Below, piece by piece: positions 35,084 through 44,471 of a stretch of 56,328 nt of DNA. Numbering within the stretch: the stretch's first letter is position 1; each line of letters opens with the position of its first letter. The stretch spans positions 1-56,328 of IMG/VR virus record IMGVR_UViG_3300008448_000099. One strand, 5' to 3'. The position numbers and the translations under genes are program-made. The notes beneath the pieces were generated by a model. The model saw only the letters and a program-made list of their open reading frames with translations, was not told the DNA's origin and searched no databases. The DNA comes from a virus (taxonomy: Duplodnaviria > Caudoviricetes).

Positions 35084-38000
35084 ATGGGCAAGATCAACAA
35101 ATTAGTCAAAGCCGCCGAAAAGGCTTCCGAAAAAGCCAATGATGCGGCAGTTAAAGTTGCCCGTCAGATGGCCAAAGAAAGTCAGTATCGGCGCATCCTT
35201 CCGCAGATTAAAGAGCGGGGCGGTGAGTTTGGCGTCCAGCGTCTTGAAAAAGCGTTTGATGAGATCCCAAACATTGACCGGCAATTCAAGGACGAAGCCC
35301 TGATCTATAGTTTGACCCCAGGCGATAACGCCACCTCCCTAATGATCATGCGACCGGGAGACTTTGAGAAGTATGCAGAGCCGCTGGACTTCTTGGGCGA
35401 CCTGAACATCACAGAGCTGGATAAATACCTGAATGAACTGGGCACGATTGCGCGTTCTGGCGGTTTTAGTGATGTGCCATTTCTTGAGATTAACGAAATG
35501 AAAGGTTCTCCGCGGTTGCAGATCAGCGGCCATGAAGGCCGGCACCGGATGCGAGCTCTTGACCGGTTGGGCGATGAGGCATCTTTAGTCCGTGTCTTGC
35601 CAAGAGGGTCAGTCCGTGAGCCACTCCCGCGTCGATCCGCTGATCAATACCTGAAGGCGTTAGCAGAAAAGTATGGCGATCCCCTTGATGTTGAACCTGA
35701 GGTAGCAACCGGTGAGCGCCTATTATTGCCAAAACAATTTGCCGCTGGCGGTGCCATTGATGGAAGTCTGAAGAAGTGGTTTGCGGCTGGAGGCGCAGTT
35801 AAGAAAATGGCAAAGGCTGCAAGCAAAGCCGCAGAGAAGGCTAGCCGTGCAGAGCTTCAAGCCCAAGCCAAGGCGCTAGGCTTGCCTGCCGCACGACCGA
35901 ACTCTGAGCTTCAACGGATGCTGGACTTGGTCAACACCGATCCCAAGACTTGGACGCGGGAAGACTATGAGTTCATGCGGCCACAGTTGGCCATCCATCA
36001 AGACCTGCGCCCCAGAAGCGAGGAGCGGGTTGAATCGATAATGTCCAAGGGTCTCAGCCGTGGAATGGTTGACTACCCGCAGACCATGGAAGGACAGGGA
36101 TACAGTTTCCTGAAGGAGTTGGAGAGTCCAAACAGTTATGTCTTCCTAAGGGGTGGCCTAAAGTTCAAGCCTGATAGCCCGTCATTAGAGGAAGGCAATA
36201 TGCCTCTATTCAAGATCAGCCCGGAGAAGGGTCAGAGCCTTTATGAGGCCATCGTAAACACGGCAGTCAAGGCCGAACCCAAAAAGGCAAACGGAGGCAA
36301 AGTGAGCTCCCCGAACAATAGAGCAATCATGAACTCGCTAGTGAATATGGTGAACCAAGCCTTAGCCGGCAAGCCGATGAAGGCGGGTGGCGTGGTCAAG
36401 ATGCAGAGTGGCGGTAGCCCAACCCAAGCCATCCAAGAGCAGCTGGCCGCTGGCGTCCCCGTGTTTATGTCCCAAGGTCCTGAAGGTGCGGTTGCCCGTC
36501 AGATCATAGCCGATGAGGAAGCAGAGCGACGCCGCAAGGAAGAGGAGCGCAAGGCTCGAGTAGCCGCTCTCCCCCTGAAAGAGAAAGCCCGTGGCGTCAT
36601 GGAGACCGGGCAGACCTTGCAGAACATCGTCGGCCAGGAGCTGCTCAAGCCCTTCCGGATGTTGGCCGGTGGGGAAGAGTCGATCAAGGCTGCGGAAGAG
36701 CGCACACCTCTGCCGACCTCAGAAGCCGGAGTCCATTACCTTGGCGAAACCGGCGAGGCTCTTGGTAAGGTAGGCAAGTTCCTTGAGCCACTCAAGATCC
36801 CTGACACGCCCCTGACAGAGCTGACCCCAACGACCTATCTGCCAGGTCTTAGCCAACAGATCGGGTCGATCGCAAGCAAGGCCGCCAAGACAATAGGGAC
36901 GGCAGTTCCTGAGCACTTTGCTACCGCTCCCGTTGGTGCCGTTGGCGGAGAGAAGATCAAGGTTCCGGCTGATCGGTCAGGCTTTTACTCCCCCACGGAG
37001 AAGGCGGCGGTCAACCTTCAGCGCAAGCAGGGAACCGGCCAAGTATTCCTGAATGACCTGATGAAGCAACCCGATGTCAAAAAGAATGAGCTAGAAGCGA
37101 CCGGGCTGGCTGAGTGGTTGAAGGGCAAGGAAAGCGTCACCAAAGACGAAATCGTTGACTACATCGACAACAACCGGATCGTTATTGAAGAGCGGATGCG
37201 TGGCGAGCCCCTGAGCAAGGATGAGCTGGTCAAACTTCAACAGATTGAACGGGCGGTGTCGAAGGGCTGGTACGATGTCCCGCAAGAGGATCTTGATTGG
37301 TTTGAGCAGACCAAGATGAAGCGTCTCTATTCTGAGATGCAGCCCCCCAACTTTGACCGGGATGACCTGAAGATTGAAGGCGGGAGCAACTACCGTGAGC
37401 TCCTTCTGAAGTTCCCCGTTGAGGAAGGCAAGCCGACTTACACCTCCTCCCATTGGGAATCCGATCCCAATACCTTTGCCCATATCCGGATGCAGGACAC
37501 GACCCTCAATGGCAAAAAGACCTTGGTCATTGAAGAGATCCAATCCGATTGGCACCAAGAGGGCCGGGACAAGGGGTATAGATCCGATGAGGAAAAGATC
37601 AAATGGGAAGACCCGCGCTACGTTGAGGCAAGAAAAAGAAGCATGGAGCTGGGGAATGAATACAACAGAAACAATGACAATCCAGCTCGGCAAGACGAAA
37701 TTCGCCCGTTGCTAGATGAGGTGCGTAACGAAGTTTTCAAAATTGAGCAGTTCAATAACGCAATAGACAAAAGGGTTCCTGAAGCCCCCTTCAAGGACGA
37801 TTGGTATCAGATCGCCTTGAAGCGAGCCATGAAGTACGCCGCAGACAATGACTACGATGCCGTGGCTATTGTTGGCGGGGCGGAGCAAGCTGATCGCTAT
37901 GCCTTGAGCCGCAAGATCGATTCGATCGATGTCAGCAAGGTTGAGGGTGGCCGAACCGTATCGGTTGAGACTAAGGGCAACAAGTTCGTCCAGTTCTTGG

Positions 38001-39610
38001 TTGACGAGAACGGCATCGTTAAAGACTCCTCCTCCCGTGAGTTTGACCGGGCTGAGGGCAAGTCTATCGCCGATGTGGTTGGCAAAGCCGTTGGCCGCGA
38101 GATCATGAAGATGGACGATGGCCGTATTGCCGGCATTGATTTGGATATCGGCGGCGAGGGCATGAAGAAGTATTACGATGAGATCTATCCCCGATTCCTT
38201 GAGAAGCAGTACAGGAAGTACGGGGTCAAGCCTGAACCGACTCAGCGCCCAAAACGTCAATACACAGAGCGGGACATTGAAATTGAGGAGACTGGAGAGG
38301 TGGATCGCTTTGGTCGCCCAACCTATGGGTACTCTGTGATTGACCCTGAAACCGGGGATACGGTTGCCTACGAATCAAACATTGAAAAGGCTATCGCACA
38401 AGCAAACAAGAAGGCTCCCAATGTTCCTCTATGGGTCATGGATGTGCCGGTAAAGATGAAGGCTGATGTGAAGAAGGGTCAGCCGTTCAAAGCCGGTGGC
38501 GCAGTCAAGATGGCCAAGGGCGGTATTGCTAAGATCGCCAAAGCGGCTGAAAAGGCGGCAGGCGCGGCCACCAAGCGTATGAGCCGTGAAGAGGCTGAGA
38601 AGGCTGGCTTATGGCATGGGATCTCTGAGACAAAACTGCCTAAACCCATCGGTGAATACAAGTTCAAGGTAGCTGAGGAAAAGGGAGTGCAAATGCTACC
38701 CCGCAGAGTTATTAGCCCGGAAGAAATGCAGGGCGGAGTTGCCATACCTCTTGCCGGTGATCGAGCCGCTGCAGGCAAAATCATTGAAGAGATCGAAGGC
38801 ATTCCAATGAACGTCCTTCTTGAGGGCGGTGGAGACTTCATGCGCCGCAATCCGGGTAAAGGCTGGGCATCAGAAAAAAACGCTTTAGGCACCATCGGGA
38901 AACAAATCAGAAGAGCCGCTGAGTCTGGAGACCCGGTTTATGGCATTCATACATCGATGAGCCCGGTATCTGTTGACTTCAACACGATGGTTACGGAGTC
39001 TATCCTTAATCGCTTAGATGTTGGCAATTTGCGTAAAAAAGACATTGAAGAATTTGATCGTGCGGTTCGGTCAGTTAAGGGGCAGCAGGGCAAGTTCAAG
39101 GCTCCTAACTTCCCTGGCCTTGCAGATCCTGAATTGCGTGAGAAGCTTATGACGGGGCCAGGCGGCCAGCGAGACGCCTTCGTGAAGACAATGTCAAAAG
39201 CTGGCTTTGCCAAGCGAGGATTTCCTGATGTTGTGCCATCCCGATTGGCGGTAACAGAGGCTGAATTGCTTGATGTCCCCCGTGGCGCTTCAGGCTATGC
39301 AATCGCACAGATGGACCCTGAGGCGAGGATTGTTCAAGAGGTTGGGCATAAGAGCTATCCGTACGAACTGTTGGGCGACTATGTCGGAGGCTTTGAGACA
39401 TTATTGCCTGTAGAGGTCATGTACCCGTCTCACTTTGAAGCCAAGAGGTTGCTTGGTAGCACTCCGGCAGGGGCTCATAAATCATTGGAACTAACCGCCC
39501 CTATTCAATACCTTGACCAACAGTGGCTAGATAACGCAATGAAGTACCTTGAGATGCAGAAAAAGTTAACAGGGCGTAAAAAGGGCGGTCTCGCCCATGT
39601 CCGAAAGTAA
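35084..39610 (+). CDS. Large modular (polyvalent/polyprotein-like) protein between terL and portal
   Basis: 1508 aa with a ParB/Srx-like 'GHEGRHRMRAL' and an 'IEEIQSDWHQ' motif. Modules are separated by xxxGG motifs and 'KAAEKA' helices. Confidence 0.7.
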   Translation: MGKINKLVKAAEKASEKANDAAVKVARQMAKESQYRRILPQIKERGGEFGVQRLEKAFDEIPNIDRQFKDEALIYSLTPGDNATSLMIMRPGDFEKYAEPLDFLGDLNITELDKYLNELGTIARSGGFSDVPFLEINEMKGSPRLQISGHEGRHRMRALDRLGDEASLVRVLPRGSVREPLPRRSADQYLKALAEKYGDPLDVEPEVATGERLLLPKQFAAGGAIDGSLKKWFAAGGAVKKMAKAASKAAEKASRAELQAQAKALGLPAARPNSELQRMLDLVNTDPKTWTREDYEFMRPQLAIHQDLRPRSEERVESIMSKGLSRGMVDYPQTMEGQGYSFLKELESPNSYVFLRGGLKFKPDSPSLEEGNMPLFKISPEKGQSLYEAIVNTAVKAEPKKANGGKVSSPNNRAIMNSLVNMVNQALAGKPMKAGGVVKMQSGGSPTQAIQEQLAAGVPVFMSQGPEGAVARQIIADEEAERRRKEEERKARVAALPLKEKARGVMETGQTLQNIVGQELLKPFRMLAGGEESIKAAEERTPLPTSEAGVHYLGETGEALGKVGKFLEPLKIPDTPLTELTPTTYLPGLSQQIGSIASKAAKTIGTAVPEHFATAPVGAVGGEKIKVPADRSGFYSPTEKAAVNLQRKQGTGQVFLNDLMKQPDVKKNELEATGLAEWLKGKESVTKDEIVDYIDNNRIVIEERMRGEPLSKDELVKLQQIERAVSKGWYDVPQEDLDWFEQTKMKRLYSEMQPPNFDRDDLKIEGGSNYRELLLKFPVEEGKPTYTSSHWESDPNTFAHIRMQDTTLNGKKTLVIEEIQSDWHQEGRDKGYRSDEEKIKWEDPRYVEARKRSMELGNEYNRNNDNPARQDEIRPLLDEVRNEVFKIEQFNNAIDKRVPEAPFKDDWYQIALKRAMKYAADNDYDAVAIVGGAEQADRYALSRKIDSIDVSKVEGGRTVSVETKGNKFVQFLVDENGIVKDSSSREFDRAEGKSIADVVGKAVGREIMKMDDGRIAGIDLDIGGEGMKKYYDEIYPRFLEKQYRKYGVKPEPTQRPKRQYTERDIEIEETGEVDRFGRPTYGYSVIDPETGDTVAYESNIEKAIAQANKKAPNVPLWVMDVPVKMKADVKKGQPFKAGGAVKMAKGGIAKIAKAAEKAAGAATKRMSREEAEKAGLWHGISETKLPKPIGEYKFKVAEEKGVQMLPRRVISPEEMQGGVAIPLAGDRAAAGKIIEEIEGIPMNVLLEGGGDFMRRNPGKGWASEKNALGTIGKQIRRAAESGDPVYGIHTSMSPVSVDFNTMVTESILNRLDVGNLRKKDIEEFDRAVRSVKGQQGKFKAPNFPGLADPELREKLMTGPGGQRDAFVKTMSKAGFAKRGFPDVVPSRLAVTEAELLDVPRGASGYAIAQMDPEARIVQEVGHKSYPYELLGDYVGGFETLLPVEVMYPSHFEAKRLLGSTPAGAHKSLELTAPIQYLDQQWLDNAMKYLEMQKKLTGRKKGGLAHVRK

Positions 39611-39622
39611 GGAAAAGAGAAA

Positions 39623-42166
39623 ATGGCTGAAGAATTCCCCATCGATCCTGAGTTCAACCGATTTATTGAGGGCATTCCTGACCCTACCGCAGAGGCTGAA
39701 GACGGCTCTGTAGAGGTCGAACTGCCTGAGTTGACTGAGGCAGACATTGAAGAACTCCCTGACGGCTCAGCAATCGTCAAAATGCCCACGCAAGGGCCTA
39801 TGGAGAACGAAGACTTCTATCAAAACCTAGCCGATGACGACAGTTTTGACAGTTTTGAACTCCAAAAGATGGCTCTGAAGTACCAAGACCTGATCAAAAA
39901 GGACAAGGAAAGCCGCAAAAAGCGTGATGAGCAGTACGAAGAGGGCATTCGCCGCACCGGTTTAGGCAATGATGCCCCCGGTGGAGCGTCCTTCACGGGC
40001 GCTTCCAAGGTCGTTCACCCAGTTATGGCTGAGGCTTGCGTGGATTTTGCCGCCCGCGCCATTAAAGAACTGTTCCCGCCCGATGGTCCGACCAAGACCA
40101 AGATCGTTGGTGATGTGGATGAAGAGAAAGTCAACATCGCTGAGCGCAAGCGCGACTGGATGAATTGGCAGCTGACGGAGCAGATCGAAGAATTCCGGGA
40201 TGAAGAGGAGCAGATGCTTACCCAACTGCCGTTGGGAGGCTCTCAGTACCTCAAACTCTGGTACGACGAGCGTAAAAAACGCCCCTGTGCAGAGTTTCTG
40301 CCCATTGATAATGTACTTTTACCATTCGCTGCGGGAAATTTCTACACCGCTCAGCGGGTGACTGAGATTCAGGACATCACCTCCTACGAATTCAAACGCC
40401 GTATCGCTGCCGGCCTATACCGAGACATCAGCCTGATCCGTGCGACTGCCTATCCTGAGGAAACCGCCCCTGAGAAGGCCAACTACAAGGTCGAAGGCAA
40501 GACTCCGGATGAGAACGAAGACGGGGTTCGCCGCGTTTATCACATCTATACCTTTCTTGAACTTGAGGAAGACAAGTATTCCAAGGGTGAGATCGCCCCA
40601 TACATCCTGATGATCGACGAGTTGGAGAACGAAGTGGTCGGTCTCTACCGAAATTGGGAAGAAGGCGATGAATCCATGACCAAACTCGATTGGATCGTGG
40701 AGTTCAAGTTCATCCCCTGGCGCGGTGCCTACGCCGTTGGCCTGCCACACCTCATTGGAGGCTTAGCCGCCGCCCTGACAGGCGCATTGCGAGCCCTACT
40801 AGACTCTGCCCACATCAACAACGCCGCCACACTCTTGAAGTTGAAGGGCGCAAAGGTGTCCGGGCAGAGCCAACAAGTGGAAATCACGCAGGTTTCTGAG
40901 ATTGAGGCCGCTCCCGGTGTGGATGACGTCCGGAAATTAGCCATGCCCATGCCGTTTAACCCGCCAAGCCCGGTTCTCTTTGAGCTCATGGGCTGGCTGA
41001 CCAATGCCGCCAAGGGCGTTGTCACCACGGCAGAGGAAAAAATTGCCGATGTGGGTCAAAACACCCCGGTTGGCACGACTCAAGCGCTAATTGAGCAGGG
41101 AGCGTCCGTATTTTCGTCAATCCATGCCCGTTTGCATGAGTCTCAGGCGCGAGTCCTGAAGATTCTTGGCCGGATTAACCGCTGGTACTTGGAAGACATG
41201 AAAAAAGGCGATGTCGTCGCTGATTTAGAGATCAGCCGGGACGACTTTGCCAAGAATACGGACATCATGCCGGTCTCTGACCCGCATATCTTCTCCGAAA
41301 CTCAGCGGATGGCGCAGACCCAGGCGGTTATGGCCATCATGCAACAGAATCCTGACCTCTTTAACCGTAAGGCGGTCATCTCCCGGTTCCTAAAGCAGAT
41401 CAAGGTGCCGCAGGTCAATGAGTTGATGATCGATATGCCGTCCCCTGAGAAGTTAGACCCGGCCAATGAGAATGTGGCCATGTCGATCGGGCAGATGGCG
41501 TTTGCCTACCCTGAGCAGGATCACCTGGCTCATATTCAGAGCCACCTAGACTTCGCTAAAGACCCCGTCTTTGGTAGCAACCCTCTGATCGCCCCCGCCT
41601 TTATTCCTAAGGCGATGGAGCATATCAAACAGCACATCGTGCTTTGGTACCTTGGTCGGGCTAAGGGCTATGTCACTAAGTCCTTGGATGGTCAGCCGCA
41701 TGAGAACTACGCCATGGTTCAAGATCCCAAGGATATTGACCGCCTGTACTCCATGGCCTCTCAGCACATCAGCCTCGATACAGAGCAGACCCTACAGGGC
41801 ATCCTGCCTGTCCTTCAGCAGATGATGCAGACGGCTCAGCAGTTCAAGCCGCAACCGCCTATGACCGCGGATGCCAAGGTTCTCTTGGATACCTCCATGG
41901 CTGAGACTCAGCGCCGTGCTCAGCGCGATCAGGCTGAGATGGCTCTAAAAGACAAGGAGATGGCCGCCGACATTGAGCGGGATATGGCCAAGATGGAGGC
42001 CGACTATCAGTTGGCTATGGAAGAACAGAAGTACAAGCTCGCCATTGCTTTGGGCGACCTAGAGATGAAGGAACGCATCGAAACGGCACGGTTAACCCGT
42101 GATGCGGCTCGGTTGAAGTTCGACCAAGACAAGACCGCTTTTGAAACCATCCGTAAAGGAGAATGA
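39623..42166 (+). CDS. Portal protein
   Basis: 847 aa. 'VVHPVMAEACVDF.ARA..ELFP..GP' and a C-terminal Q/M-rich coiled coil (P22-like barrel). Position after terL. Confidence 0.85.
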   Translation: MAEEFPIDPEFNRFIEGIPDPTAEAEDGSVEVELPELTEADIEELPDGSAIVKMPTQGPMENEDFYQNLADDDSFDSFELQKMALKYQDLIKKDKESRKKRDEQYEEGIRRTGLGNDAPGGASFTGASKVVHPVMAEACVDFAARAIKELFPPDGPTKTKIVGDVDEEKVNIAERKRDWMNWQLTEQIEEFRDEEEQMLTQLPLGGSQYLKLWYDERKKRPCAEFLPIDNVLLPFAAGNFYTAQRVTEIQDITSYEFKRRIAAGLYRDISLIRATAYPEETAPEKANYKVEGKTPDENEDGVRRVYHIYTFLELEEDKYSKGEIAPYILMIDELENEVVGLYRNWEEGDESMTKLDWIVEFKFIPWRGAYAVGLPHLIGGLAAALTGALRALLDSAHINNAATLLKLKGAKVSGQSQQVEITQVSEIEAAPGVDDVRKLAMPMPFNPPSPVLFELMGWLTNAAKGVVTTAEEKIADVGQNTPVGTTQALIEQGASVFSSIHARLHESQARVLKILGRINRWYLEDMKKGDVVADLEISRDDFAKNTDIMPVSDPHIFSETQRMAQTQAVMAIMQQNPDLFNRKAVISRFLKQIKVPQVNELMIDMPSPEKLDPANENVAMSIGQMAFAYPEQDHLAHIQSHLDFAKDPVFGSNPLIAPAFIPKAMEHIKQHIVLWYLGRAKGYVTKSLDGQPHENYAMVQDPKDIDRLYSMASQHISLDTEQTLQGILPVLQQMMQTAQQFKPQPPMTADAKVLLDTSMAETQRRAQRDQAEMALKDKEMAADIERDMAKMEADYQLAMEEQKYKLAIALGDLEMKERIETARLTRDAARLKFDQDKTAFETIRKGE

Positions 42167-42167
42167 A

Positions 42168-42338
42168 ATGTCGGATTACGACAAAGAGCAGAAAACTGAG
42201 TTCGTACCTCAGCACAAACGGATCGCCATGGGCGTTCCTCTTGACGGACAAGATATGCGTCCTTCAAGCAACAAAACCGAATCGGATAGCGATTCGCAAC
42301 CGAAAGGGGGGCTATCACAAGCGACTAAAACCAAATGA
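42168..42338 (+). CDS. Small hypothetical protein
   Basis: AAGGAG RBS before ATG 42168. 'VPQHKRIAMG' motif. Confidence 0.6.
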   Translation: MSDYDKEQKTEFVPQHKRIAMGVPLDGQDMRPSSNKTESDSDSQPKGGLSQATKTK

Positions 42339-42520
42339 GCACAGCAGCAGATCTGATCGGCGCAATTAAGACTAGGCAGGCTGAAATAGCCGCGTCCCTT
42401 GCCGGCGGTACGGCAACGAGTTGGGAGTCTTATCAGCGTTTGGTCGGGCAACACCAGGGCTTACAGGAAGCCTTGGACATACTCAACAACCTATTAAAGG
42501 ATGATGATGCAGATGAATGA
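42335..42520 (+). CDS. Small helical hypothetical protein
   Basis: ATGA overlap. 'Y..LVG...GL..AL' motif preceding the GroES-like gene. Confidence 0.65.
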   Translation: MSTAADLIGAIKTRQAEIAASLAGGTATSWESYQRLVGQHQGLQEALDILNNLLKDDDADE

Positions 42521-42941
42521 ACCGGTAGCGTGTAATGACGCTGAGTTGGCTTGGGCTTTTCCGAGCGTAGACCCCGGTGCGAAACCCCTTGGTGCCCGTG
42601 TATTAGTTCAGTTGCGGCGCACAAAAAAGAAGGCGACTAGCGCAGGGATTATTTTGGTTGAAGAGACCAAAGAAACCGAGAAGTGGAACAACATGGTGGC
42701 TAGAGTCATTGAGATCGGCCCCTTGGCGTTCAAAAAGCGCGACACGATGGAGCCATGGCCTGAGGGCTCATGGTGTGAGGTTGGCGACTATATCCGCGTC
42801 CCGAAGTGGGGCGGCGATCGTTGGGAAGTAGAAGTCCCCGGCGAGAAGGATGAGGACCCTGCCCTCTTTATGGTGTTAAACGACCATGAAGTCATTGCCA
42901 AATTGACCGGCGATCCGCTAGCAGTCAAAGCCTTTATCTAA
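42513..42941 (+). CDS. groES: GroES-like co-chaperonin
   Basis: 'KPLGARVLV', mobile-loop 'TSAGIIL', 'VIEIGP', 'VGD.I...KWGG' and 'LNDHEVIA'. Confidence 0.8.
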   Translation: MNEPVACNDAELAWAFPSVDPGAKPLGARVLVQLRRTKKKATSAGIILVEETKETEKWNNMVARVIEIGPLAFKKRDTMEPWPEGSWCEVGDYIRVPKWGGDRWEVEVPGEKDEDPALFMVLNDHEVIAKLTGDPLAVKAFI

Positions 42942-42950
42942 GGGGAAACC

Positions 42951-43898
42951 ATGAGCGAAGAAATCAAAGACGAAGATATCAAGGTATCTGAAGAGAAGGA
43001 CGGCTCTGCCACCGTTGAGGTGCCGGAGAGCCTGATGCCCTCGGAGAAAGAACAAGACGATCAGCCTGAGGAACAAAAGGCTGAGGCTTCTGCTGACGAC
43101 TCTGATGAGGATCACCCCGATGACACGGATGCCGTCCGGGAAGCCCGCAGAGCCCGCCGCAAGGCAAAAAAGGAGTACATCAAGCGCACCAACCAAGAGA
43201 AGGATCAGCGTCTTGCCATGCTAGACCGGCAGAACAAGGAGTTGATGGCTCGGTTGGCCGCAGTAGAAAAGCGTACCCATATGCAAGACCTAGCCTCAAT
43301 CGACAAGGCGATCTCCGACGAGAATGCCCGGTTGAGTTACGCCAAGATGAAGATGAAGGAGGCGGCTGACAACTCTGACGGCCAAGCCCTGATTAAGGCA
43401 AAGGAGCTTTGGGACGAAGTAAAAGACCGGATTGAGAAGCTACAGGTCTATAAAAAGCAAAGCGAAGTAGTGCCTGAGCCTCCTGCCGACCCGATTGTTA
43501 AGGAATTGGCTGAAGAGTGGATGGATCGCAACCCTTGGTACGACCCCGATCTGTCCGACCGTGATAGCAAGATCGCCAAGCGGATCGATAACCAACTTGT
43601 AAAAGAAGGTTGGGACCCCGGTACCGAAGATTATTGGGAAGAACTCGACGCACGGTTGCAGAAACAAAGATCTCGCCAATATACTGAAACTAATGACGAG
43701 GTTCCACGAAAGAGAGGTCCTAAAAGCGTCGTAACCGGAAGCGAAAGAGAGACGGGTGGTGGCGGAAGCCGGAACACCTTGACCCTGTCGCCTGAGCAAG
43801 TACGAGCCATTAAGGAAGCGGGAATGTGGGATGACCCCAAGAAACGCAACCGAATGATTCAAAAATACGCCGAATACGCACGCACAAATAGGAGCTAA
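42951..43898 (+). CDS. Putative scaffolding protein
   Basis: Acidic N-terminus, long coiled coil and a C-terminal helix hairpin. Lies between portal and capsid. Confidence 0.65.
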   Translation: MSEEIKDEDIKVSEEKDGSATVEVPESLMPSEKEQDDQPEEQKAEASADDSDEDHPDDTDAVREARRARRKAKKEYIKRTNQEKDQRLAMLDRQNKELMARLAAVEKRTHMQDLASIDKAISDENARLSYAKMKMKEAADNSDGQALIKAKELWDEVKDRIEKLQVYKKQSEVVPEPPADPIVKELAEEWMDRNPWYDPDLSDRDSKIAKRIDNQLVKEGWDPGTEDYWEELDARLQKQRSRQYTETNDEVPRKRGPKSVVTGSERETGGGGSRNTLTLSPEQVRAIKEAGMWDDPKKRNRMIQKYAEYARTNRS

Positions 43899-43901
43899 AC
43901 C

Positions 43902-44438
43902 ATGGATTCCCGTCTAAAAAAATCTTTATCTTCAGGTTCACGCGAAACTCGCTCACGCGAGGACGATAGCCGTAAGGCACCTGAGGATTCGTTCGTTTCA
44001 TCCGAAGAGCGTCGAAAGATGTGGAAAGATGAGTGGACACAAAGTGCGCTGCCTAATGCGCCTCAAATACCCGGCTGGCACGTTTGCTGGCTATCAACCA
44101 CTAACTCATACGACAGCATTGATAAGCGAATCCGCTTAGGCTACATACCGGTGAAAATCGAAGAAGTGCCTGGGTTTGAGAACTATCGCGTAAAGGCTGG
44201 CGAGCACGTTGGTTATATTGCGTGTAACGAAATGCTGCTCTTCAAGATCCCTGAGGAAGCCTATCAGGAGATCATGACCCACTTCCACCATGAACAACCG
44301 CTTGAGGAAGCAAACAAGATCAGGGTGCAAGCAGAGCAACAGGTTGGACGCGATAGCACAGGCCGTAGGCTTGGGCAGGTTGAGGGCGAGGGCTTAGACG
44401 ACATTGACAAACCCCTACCCGCACCGGTTTTCCAGTGA
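43902..44438 (+). CDS. Head-region hypothetical protein
   Basis: AGGAG RBS. 'LP.AP..PGW...W' motif. Confidence 0.65.
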   Translation: MDSRLKKSLSSGSRETRSREDDSRKAPEDSFVSSEERRKMWKDEWTQSALPNAPQIPGWHVCWLSTTNSYDSIDKRIRLGYIPVKIEEVPGFENYRVKAGEHVGYIACNEMLLFKIPEEAYQEIMTHFHHEQPLEEANKIRVQAEQQVGRDSTGRRLGQVEGEGLDDIDKPLPAPVFQ

Positions 44439-44471
44439 CGGGAGGCTTTATCAACCATTAAGGAGTAAGAA

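Noticed and set aside
37091-38260. Antisense ORFs of 200 and 182 aa within the 1508-aa gene
   Set aside because: They mirror the codon usage of the sense gene and have no independent evidence.
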